Below are positions 27,004 to 34,010 of a DNA stretch of 64,000 bases, in pieces. Origin of the DNA: a phage. Under the pieces are notes generated by a model. That model did not search any database, was not told the DNA's origin, and saw nothing but the letters and a program-made list of their open reading frames with translations. The stretch is from assembly GCA_036611895.1 (NCBI GenBank), contig GCA_036611895.1_4766.1; one strand, 5' to 3'. Position 1 is the first letter of the stretch, and every line of letters starts with the position of its first letter. The position numbers and the translations under genes were made by a program.

Positions 27004-27273
27004 TTACCAATACATAGCTGCTGTGCCTTCTTCGGCAAAGAACTCATCTAAGCTGTTTTGATTTTCTTTACGGAACTGACGACGCAGCTTACGGATTTGT
27101 TTCTTGGTAGGTTTAGCAGGGAAACTGTAGTCAACAACCAGAGGCATTCTGGTTTCTTCACATACTTCAGAGAACCATAACTGCCACTCTGCTGCAGCAG
27201 GGATGTGTTGCTGCTTACCAAAAACCGGTTGCTTAGTACCACCAACATAGAACAGGTCAGTATTAAATTGCAT
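27004..27273 (-). CDS. early protein (89 aa)
   Basis: ORF track; RBS CAGGAG upstream; about 44 nt downstream of P-b hairpin. Confidence 0.5.
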   Translation of the reverse strand: MQFNTDLFYVGGTKQPVFGKQQHIPAAAEWQLWFSEVCEETRMPLVVDYSFPAKPTKKQIRKLRRQFRKENQNSLDEFFAEEGTAAMYW

Positions 27274-27299
27274 GAGTAAACTCCTGAATTAAAATGATA

Positions 27300-27325
27300 T
27301 CCAATAGAAGCGGAGCTTCTTGGTT
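27300..27325 (-). promoter_or_regulatory. vRNAP-type hairpin early promoter (P-b)
   Basis: tccaata-gaagc-gga-gcttc-ttggtttt; matches the N4 early promoter hairpin as I recall it (GAAGCGGAGCTTC). Confidence 0.6.
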
Positions 27326-27326
27326 T

Positions 27327-27698
27327 TTAAGGAATGTAGGACAACCAGGTTAATAGTTCTGCTTTAGCTTTCTGATACTTACTGTCTACAGTTTCATCTG
27401 AGATATCTATGTCTGATTCTCCGTAATGATGGATGTCAGACTGATATTGCTCTTGCTGGCGAATGGCTTCCTCGAATCTATTTAATGCTTCAATAGGTTC
27501 TTGTTTTTGCCATACCCATAAAGCACCTGCAAGAGGTAGATTGTCATCTTTGTACCAACGTGGTCCTATTCCAGATACACACTTTAATTTACTATCTTCA
27601 GTAAGAATGAATCTTCCTGGTGAGTGAAATTTTCCTACTAGTTCTGTTCCTACAGGAACATCTTTAGTTAATGATTTTACGCAAATGTACTTAGCCAT
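27327..27698 (-). CDS. early protein (123 aa)
   Basis: ORF track. Confidence 0.5.
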   Translation of the reverse strand: MAKYICVKSLTKDVPVGTELVGKFHSPGRFILTEDSKLKCVSGIGPRWYKDDNLPLAGALWVWQKQEPIEALNRFEEAIRQQEQYQSDIHHYGESDIDISDETVDSKYQKAKAELLTWLSYIP

Positions 27699-27785
27699 TA
27701 TCTATCTCCAAAGTAGATAGTTATCTACTTTTGACTATCTATCTAATGTTCAAAACAGGAGACTCCGAAGAGTCTCCTTGATGAC

Positions 27786-28109
27786 TTAGTCTTTAGTCAG
27801 GATGTCAATTACTTTGGAATATTCTGCGTTATAGATCCGAGCGTTCTCTGAATCCTTGCAGAATTCCTCGATACTTTTCTTACGCAGAGTCTCAGTCATA
27901 GCTGTTTCCTCTGCCAGTTTATTAACAAAGGTATGCATTTCTAATTTAGTACGAATGGCTTGTTTCTCTGCCATAGTACTAACATATGAATTAAGCATAC
28001 CTACTGCTTTAGTTGCTGTGCTGAATGTATCTGCAACAGTAGTAGCAGCTGAGTTAACAGTACCAAGTAAAGTTCCTGCGGTCATACGTACAGTAGCTTG
28101 AGTAGTCAT
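27786..28109 (-). CDS. early protein (107 aa), first gene downstream of P-a
   Basis: ORF track; about 49 nt downstream of P-a hairpin centre. Confidence 0.5.
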   Translation of the reverse strand: MTTQATVRMTAGTLLGTVNSAATTVADTFSTATKAVGMLNSYVSTMAEKQAIRTKLEMHTFVNKLAEETAMTETLRKKSIEEFCKDSENARIYNAEYSKVIDILTKD

Positions 28110-28145
28110 GATGATAGCTCCAATAGTTGATGATAGGACGACATG

Positions 28146-28168
28146 TCCATAACATGCGGAGCATGTGT
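28146..28168 (-). promoter_or_regulatory. vRNAP-type hairpin early promoter (P-a)
   Basis: tccataa-catgc-gga-gcatg: same stem/GGA-loop architecture and tccataa flank. Confidence 0.55.
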
Positions 28169-28343
28169 AACGTGTAAGGTGGGGTAGGGTAGTGGCTACA
28201 CCGTCAACATACCGGGGGGGCTAGTTGAGTGTAAGGGTGTAGCCCCAGCCACACCACTATGGCTGTACATAGCTATCACAATTTTGACATGCAAAAATAT
28301 TATAGGCACTATCTCTATAAGCAGATAACTTTGAGGTACTAAC

Positions 28344-28472
28344 ATGAAAGATGGATGGGGTAACTACAATCCTACAGACCCTGAGAACTGGCTTCACTTT
28401 ATTGCATGGGCTTGCGCTGTAGGATTCATAAGTATTGTGCTCTTATCACTGGTTCTATCTTATCTGTAAATA
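28344..28472 (+). CDS. candidate 42-aa single-pass membrane micro-protein on the opposite strand
   Basis: MKDGWGNYNPTDPENWLHFIAWACAVGFISIVLLSLVLSYL; GAGGT 6 nt upstream of ATG; TTGACA hexamer about 55 nt upstream; hairpin follows stop. Confidence 0.3.
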
Positions 28473-28473
28473 C

Positions 28474-28497
28474 TATGGGGGATAGCTATTTATCCCC
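28474..28497. terminator. hairpin (possible bidirectional terminator) between micro-ORF and paralog array
   Basis: ggggata-gctatt-tatcccc stem-loop read in sequence. Confidence 0.35.
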
Positions 28498-28667
28498 TAT
28501 TCATCATAGCGTTTAATACCTAAAACCTTGTATAGCTTACCCTTTACAAGCAATGGTCCACCTACTTCTACGAAAGCTAGGCTGTGTACTATCACTGGTT
28601 CAAGTAAGCCTTTTACTGTTATATACCACATATTAATCCTTATAAGCAGTTAAATAGGAGGAAGTGG

Positions 28668-29072
28668 TTAGTAGCTATCTGTGATACCAAAGGACATATG
28701 ATAACCACCTGTGTTTACATCCCAGGGTTGCGACAAATTAATATCCCAAGGAAGTGTCTTTCCAGATTCAAGTATTCTTATAGACCTGAAGGAGTTACCC
28801 TCTTTTATCATACTGGTTTTTACTGTTACCGGTAGGAAGATATGGAAGTAATCCCCTTCTGGTGCAAGGTAAGTATCTCCTTCATTGAGGGTAACTATCT
28901 TTGCTTTGCTGTTAGTGAGAAGTCTATGCCCCTGTGCAAAATCTGCTAACTCTCCTGGTTCCATTATTAGTGTAGAACTCCCATAGGTCATAATATGGAT
29001 GATTGCTTTTTCTGGTTCAGAGGAATAGTGCAGTAAATCTGTACCATTCATCCCTAAGAGTTTAACGTTCAT
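28668..29072 (-). CDS. paralog-array protein P6 (134 aa)
   Basis: Core STLIMEPGELADFAQGHRLLTNSKAKIVTLNEGDTY aligns with the other five paralogs. Confidence 0.55.
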   Translation of the reverse strand: MNVKLLGMNGTDLLHYSSEPEKAIIHIMTYGSSTLIMEPGELADFAQGHRLLTNSKAKIVTLNEGDTYLAPEGDYFHIFLPVTVKTSMIKEGNSFRSIRILESGKTLPWDINLSQPWDVNTGGYHMSFGITDSY

Positions 29073-29075
29073 ACT

Positions 29076-29360
29076 TCAGTACCTTTCCTTATAGATGGGG
29101 GTGCTATCATCGAATGATAGGATGTACTTGTCTGTATTAAGATGCCAAGGACTAAAGCTACCCTGCCAGGACATAGGTGTTTCTGGTTCAAGTAGATGTA
29201 CTACCGAATTCTTATTGTATAGGAAGAGTAATCCTTGTATCTCATGTAGAGACTGTTCATCTGGAACCAAGATAAGTACATCAGCATTCAGGTCAGCTAT
29301 TTCTTTATGGTGGATGTAATTTTCCCCATTAGGCTCTGGATAAATTTTACTGATAACCAT
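29076..29360 (-). CDS. paralog-array protein P5 (94 aa)
   Basis: Core DVLILVPDEQSLHEIQGLLFLYNKNSVVHLLEPETP. Confidence 0.6.
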   Translation of the reverse strand: MVISKIYPEPNGENYIHHKEIADLNADVLILVPDEQSLHEIQGLLFLYNKNSVVHLLEPETPMSWQGSFSPWHLNTDKYILSFDDSTPIYKERY

Positions 29361-29680
29361 TAGAGACTCTCGTCGCTAGATAAATATGAGGTAGAAGGGT
29401 AGAGGGTAATAAGTCTACCGGTAAGGGTAGTAACTACCGTAGGTTCAGCAGTTGATAAGATATATACTCGTGCAAACTCAGATATCTCAACTGATGTATC
29501 TATCTTAGTGAATGTAATGGGTATGCCTAACATTAGACATGTACCTATGAACTCATCTGCTTCTTCATTTGGTTCATATAGGATAGTAGTTCCATCCATC
29601 TTACCATTTAAACAATCTTGTTTAGTTACTTTGCTGCGATAGCAACTTGTACTTAGAGCAACTAATGAGTAGAAGTGCAT
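29360..29680 (-). CDS. paralog-array protein P4 (106 aa, most diverged)
   Basis: Core TTILYEPNEEADEFIGTCLMLGIPITFTKIDTSVEI. Confidence 0.5.
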   Translation of the reverse strand: MHFYSLVALSTSCYRSKVTKQDCLNGKMDGTTILYEPNEEADEFIGTCLMLGIPITFTKIDTSVEISEFARVYILSTAEPTVVTTLTGRLITLYPSTSYLSSDESL

Positions 29681-29683
29681 GGC

Positions 29684-29998
29684 TTACTTCCTTACATAGT
29701 AATAATGGTATTCCTCATTCTCATGACTACTATCCCATTGGTAATCATCAGATACCAACATGAAAGGCAGGGCGTCATATGCACTGCTATCGGCATAGAC
29801 GGAAGGAGGAATGATACATACAACCTTACGATCATTACCTGCTAAGAATAGTTGACCTCTTACTTCATGGTAGTCCTCTAGAGTAGGAACCAGGATTACA
29901 TGCTGAGGATTGCTATCTATCACTTCTTCTAAAGTGAAGTCTGTTGTGTACAAGGATTCCCCTTTAATAAAACTGGGGGCGGTCAGTATGAATTTCAT
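29684..29998 (-). CDS. paralog-array protein P3 (start at internal ATG with AAGGAAGGAAAA RBS)
   Basis: Core HVILVPTLEDYHEVRGQLFLAGNDRKVVCIIPPSVY; ORF track 29684..30073. Confidence 0.6.
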   Translation of the reverse strand: MKFILTAPSFIKGESLYTTDFTLEEVIDSNPQHVILVPTLEDYHEVRGQLFLAGNDRKVVCIIPPSVYADSSAYDALPFMLVSDDYQWDSSHENEEYHYYYVRK

Positions 29999-30359
29999 GA
30001 TGGATTTTCCTTCCTTTAGGAATAGGTCTGAAGTAAACGGAAAGTGTTTTATTAAAGAGGTTATGTTCAACAATCATTTCCCAGCCTGGTACTTTATAGA
30101 ACCTGACTCCTGGGAAGAATGTTTCGAAGTCTGCATACTCAGTAAGGTCATACACAACTGGTTCAGTAAGTATACGCGTATTGATTTGCAGATTACTTAA
30201 GAAAAATGAACCAACTATCTCGTGGGATTCTTCGCAGTCTGGTAGGAAGACTATTTGTTTGGATAGGAACTTACTAACTATCTCTGGTTCCCCTAGGTAG
30301 TATGGTTCCTGCTTACGTAGTACACCAGTAATATCAATATCAAAAGCGTAGATGCTCAT
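29964..30359 (-). CDS. paralog-array protein P2 (131 aa)
   Basis: Core QIVFLPDCEESHEIVGSFFLSNLQINTRILTEPVVY; strong RBS CAGGAGG upstream. Confidence 0.6.
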   Translation of the reverse strand: MSIYAFDIDITGVLRKQEPYYLGEPEIVSKFLSKQIVFLPDCEESHEIVGSFFLSNLQINTRILTEPVVYDLTEYADFETFFPGVRFYKVPGWEMIVEHNLFNKTLSVYFRPIPKGRKIHHEIHTDRPQFY

Positions 30360-30374
30360 ATTTGCATACCTCCT

Positions 30375-30410
30375 GAAAAAGAAATGGGGTAGAGCCTCTC
30401 GACTCTACCC
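30375..30410 (-). terminator. intrinsic terminator inside the paralog array, just upstream of P2 RBS
   Basis: ggggtagag-cctctcga-ctctacccc (9-bp stem) preceded on plus strand by aaaaagaaa. Confidence 0.5.
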
Positions 30411-30559
30411 CTTACCGTTTTCTATCACGGGTCAGTTCATCACCCTAGATACATGTGTATCGTTAGCCTACTAGGTAGGAAAGGAGCCGGGCAACCCTGA
30501 CTGTAGAAGTTATTAACTCTTTACGAGTACCGCCACTGTCTACTAGGCGGCATGACTAA

Positions 30560-30850
30560 TCACATCGTCACCGTCATCCGAACACTGTCTTTGCTTCGCC
30601 TGACGGAGACACTATGAGGTAATTTTGTGAAGAACACAAGAGCTGATGGCCCCTTTTCTAAAGAGTAAGTTTCTCTTGGTTCTAAGATTTTAATGCCCGG
30701 ACGATTCTCTAAAAGCATCATCCCAGCTAATTCATGGTAGGTATCTTCATTATGGGTAATAATGATATCACCTGAAAGAAAACCAGCCTTAGTGTGGTCT
30801 AGCTCCCTGTATTCATCTTTAGAGCCTGAGACTTTCATATAGATTCTCAA
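30560..30850 (-). CDS. paralog-array protein P1 (96 aa; TTG or internal ATG start)
   Basis: Core DIIITHNEDTYHELAGMMLLENRPGIKILEPRETY; first codon is TTG with AAGGAG upstream, in-frame ATG 4 codons later. Confidence 0.55.
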   Translation of the reverse strand: MRIYMKVSGSKDEYRELDHTKAGFLSGDIIITHNEDTYHELAGMMLLENRPGIKILEPRETYSLEKGPSALVFFTKLPHSVSVRRSKDSVRMTVTM

Positions 30851-31021
30851 AGGTTACTCCTTTTGGGAATAGGGTCATCGGAACAATACATACTATTTAG
30901 TATCATGAACTTTTTCTATATCATGACTAAAGTGTAACTGTATGGTATCGTTTCTTCAAGGGGTATCTCACCCCAAGAAAAGAATCTTCTTTAATAGACA
31001 TAACTTTGTAGCGAGATAAGT

Positions 31022-31711
31022 ATGAGTGAACTAACTAAGCAGCAGATTATTAATGCCTTACCTGCTAACTTCAAAAACAGTGTTACCCAGGAGTTGGTAG
31101 ACACGATTAACAACATAACCCAAGACCAACTGGTTGCTGAGTCCTTTCGTGAAAACTTTATCTCCTACTCTGGTGTAATGAAGGAAGGTAAGTTTAAGAC
31201 ACAGGACTACATGAATGCAGTTCAGTATGTGACTTACAAACATATGGGCTACTCAAATAAGGAAGCCTACTTTAAGACGTTCCCTAATCGACAAGCAGAA
31301 CTTGTTGCACGAGGAACCAGTGAGAAAGATATTAGTGCTTATGTATCTGCCTACCACAGGGGTAAGTTAGTTAACCTCATCATGGAACAAAGTTTGGTTC
31401 CAGTGTGGATTGTGAACCAAGACAATTATCAGAAGGCTATCAACGTTCAGGTTGAACTGATGACTACAGCAGCAAGTGAGAAGGTAAGATGTGATGCAGC
31501 TAACTCTATCCTTACTCACTTAGCTAAACCAAAAGATCAGGTAACAAATATCAATCTGGACTTAAGAGAGAACTCCGGATTAACTGACCTCAAGGCAACA
31601 CTTGCTGCATTAGCTGAACAGCAGATTAATGCAATCAATAGTGGTGTACCTACCAAAGAGGTTGCTGGTTCTAAACTAGTACGTGCAGATGAGGACATTA
31701 CAGATGTCTGA
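31022..31711 (+). CDS. putative terminase small subunit / DNA-packaging protein
   Basis: 229 aa immediately upstream of and overlapping large terminase gene; position only. Confidence 0.35.
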   Translation: MSELTKQQIINALPANFKNSVTQELVDTINNITQDQLVAESFRENFISYSGVMKEGKFKTQDYMNAVQYVTYKHMGYSNKEAYFKTFPNRQAELVARGTSEKDISAYVSAYHRGKLVNLIMEQSLVPVWIVNQDNYQKAINVQVELMTTAASEKVRCDAANSILTHLAKPKDQVTNINLDLRENSGLTDLKATLAALAEQQINAINSGVPTKEVAGSKLVRADEDITDV

Positions 31712-33293
31712 GTTAATTAAACAGGAACTGGATGAGTGGCTAGACCAGGTGGATTACTCCCACCTTAATTCTTCTAACTACGTTCCTAGTCAGTTTGCTC
31801 TTACCTTTGCCAACTTTATTAAGTTGGTTAATGGCAAAGAGGGTGAGTCCAACAAAACACCTCCAGTTCACTTGAAGATGCTGGATAAGATGATTAGTCC
31901 TAACCAGTATGTAGTTAACCTGTGCTTCCGTGGTGCAGGTAAGACTGCTGTGTTCATGGAATACTTTACTTTATTCCTGGCAGTGTTTGGTCACTTACCA
32001 AGCCTGGGTAAAGTAGAAGGAATGATTTACGTATCAGACTCAATGGATAACGGTGCTAAGTCTGCACGTAAGAACATTGAGTTTCGCTACAAGAATAGTG
32101 AGTTCCTTCAGCAATGGATACCTGAAGCTACCTTTACGGATAACCTATTAGAGTTTCGTAATGTAGAAGGGCATCGACTTGGTGTTAAGTTGTTTGGTGC
32201 TAAGACAGGTCTTCGTGGTACGAAGATATATGGTAAACGTCCAACACTTTGTGTACTGGATGACTTGATTAGTGATGGTGATGCTAACTCCAAGACTAGC
32301 ATGGAAGCTATTAAGGATACCGTCTATAAAGGTGTGAACCATGCACTTGACCCAACCCGTCGTAAAGTAATCTTCAATGGTACTCCCTTTAATAAGGAAG
32401 ATATTATCATTGAAGCTGTTGAGTCTGGTGCATGGGATGTCAACGTATGGCCTGTATGTGAGAAGTTCCCCTGTAGTAGGGAAGAATTTCAGGGTGCATG
32501 GGATGATCGTTTCTCTTACGATTACATTAAAGCCCAATATGACATGGCAGTTAAGACTGGTAAGTTGGCTGGCTTCTATCAGGAACTTATGCTCCGTATT
32601 AGCTCCGAAGATGAGAGACTGGTTCAGGATAGTGAAATAAGGTGGTATAGCAGACAACAACTGTTAAGGATGAAGTCCTGCTACAACTATTATATTACAA
32701 CCGACTTTGCTACTTCGGAGAAACAGACCAGTGACTACAGTGTCATATCAGTTTGGGCTTATAGTTCTAATGGAGATTGGTTCTGGGTTGATGGTGTGGC
32801 TAATCGTCAGCTTATGGATAAAAACTTTGATGACCTGTTCCGTCTGGTTCAAGAATACCAACCCCAAAATGTTGGAGTCGAAATCACAGGACAGCAGGGT
32901 GGATTCATCTCACTCCTTCAGAAAGAAATGATTAACCGTAATGTCTTCTTTAACTTTGCATCCTCTGAGGGTGGTAAGCCAGGCATACGTCCTGTAACCT
33001 CTAAGCTGTCACGCTTTAACCTGGTAGTTCCATGGTTCAAAGCTGGTAAGATGTACTTCCCAGAAGAGTTGAGAGATTCAACTATTATGGGTCTGTTCAT
33101 GGGTCAGATTAAACTAGCTACCATTAATGGAATCAAAGGTAAGGATGACTGTATTGATACTATCTCTATGCTGGGTTATCTCAATCCTTGGAAACCACAA
33201 GCAGGTATGACTATGGTGGATAACAAGGGCGACCCAATGTGGGATGATGAAGAAGAAGATAGTGTTAACCCATTACGTTCGTACATTGTGTGA
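31683..33293 (+). CDS. terminase large subunit
   Basis: 536 aa. Walker A CFRGAGKTAV, Walker B TLCVLDDLISD, C-terminal nuclease-like DFATSEKQTSDYSVISVWA. Confidence 0.85.
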   Translation: MQMRTLQMSELIKQELDEWLDQVDYSHLNSSNYVPSQFALTFANFIKLVNGKEGESNKTPPVHLKMLDKMISPNQYVVNLCFRGAGKTAVFMEYFTLFLAVFGHLPSLGKVEGMIYVSDSMDNGAKSARKNIEFRYKNSEFLQQWIPEATFTDNLLEFRNVEGHRLGVKLFGAKTGLRGTKIYGKRPTLCVLDDLISDGDANSKTSMEAIKDTVYKGVNHALDPTRRKVIFNGTPFNKEDIIIEAVESGAWDVNVWPVCEKFPCSREEFQGAWDDRFSYDYIKAQYDMAVKTGKLAGFYQELMLRISSEDERLVQDSEIRWYSRQQLLRMKSCYNYYITTDFATSEKQTSDYSVISVWAYSSNGDWFWVDGVANRQLMDKNFDDLFRLVQEYQPQNVGVEITGQQGGFISLLQKEMINRNVFFNFASSEGGKPGIRPVTSKLSRFNLVVPWFKAGKMYFPEELRDSTIMGLFMGQIKLATINGIKGKDDCIDTISMLGYLNPWKPQAGMTMVDNKGDPMWDDEEEDSVNPLRSYIV

Positions 33294-33299
33294 GGAACC

Positions 33300-34010
33300 A
33301 TGCAAAAATTATCGGAAGTATATCGAGGCTTGGCACTAAGTACCTTAAAAGGTACTGGTGCAGTCACTGATGACAGATTAGATATTGAACCAGATAGTAA
33401 GCCTGAAATATTGGCTGCTATTAATGAAGGACTGGTACGACTGCATAGTCGTTTCCCTCTTAGAACTAATAGCTGCATTGTAGAGATGAAGGAAGGTCGG
33501 ACTGATTATCCTCTACAATCTAAGTATGCTTACTCCAGATTTACTAAGTCTACGCTTGAGATTCAATATCCATATATCATGGATGGGTTCATGAAACCTT
33601 TCCAAGATGATGTTATTAAAATCTTAAATGTGTTTGATAACTCAGGGAATCGCCGTAGACTGAACGATGATTCAGACCCTCATGCAATTTTCACCCCTCG
33701 GCCTGATACTATTCAGTGTATGCGTCCTCGACACTTCGAGGCACTTAACGTAACTTATCAAGCTAAGCACCCAGTACTTACGGGTGATGAAGAACAGGAA
33801 GTTGATTTAGCTGATACGCTAATGACGGCACTTCATAACTGGGTGGGTTATCGTTACCACACTGGTTTGAATACTCCGGAAGCTAATGCTAAGGCAGCAG
33901 AGTATCTGCAAACATACGAAAGCATCTGTGGTGAGGTTGTTGATTACGACCTGGCTAATGGAAGTATTTCAATTACCGAAACTAAATTTGAACAACGAGG
34001 ATGGCGATGA
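33300..34010 (+). CDS. virion-associated protein (236 aa)
   Basis: ORF track; between terminase and tailspike genes. Confidence 0.4.
   Translation: MQKLSEVYRGLALSTLKGTGAVTDDRLDIEPDSKPEILAAINEGLVRLHSRFPLRTNSCIVEMKEGRTDYPLQSKYAYSRFTKSTLEIQYPYIMDGFMKPFQDDVIKILNVFDNSGNRRRLNDDSDPHAIFTPRPDTIQCMRPRHFEALNVTYQAKHPVLTGDEEQEVDLADTLMTALHNWVGYRYHTGLNTPEANAKAAEYLQTYESICGEVVDYDLANGSISITETKFEQRGWR

Noticed and set aside
28178-28250. G-rich segment as a G-quadruplex or replication origin
   Set aside because: G-tracts are irregular with long loops; no iterons or AT-rich unwinding element nearby. Cannot be supported from sequence alone.
29910-30200. 96-aa plus-strand ORF across the P2/P3 paralog junction
   Set aside because: Antisense to two paralogs that share a conserved motif; no RBS.
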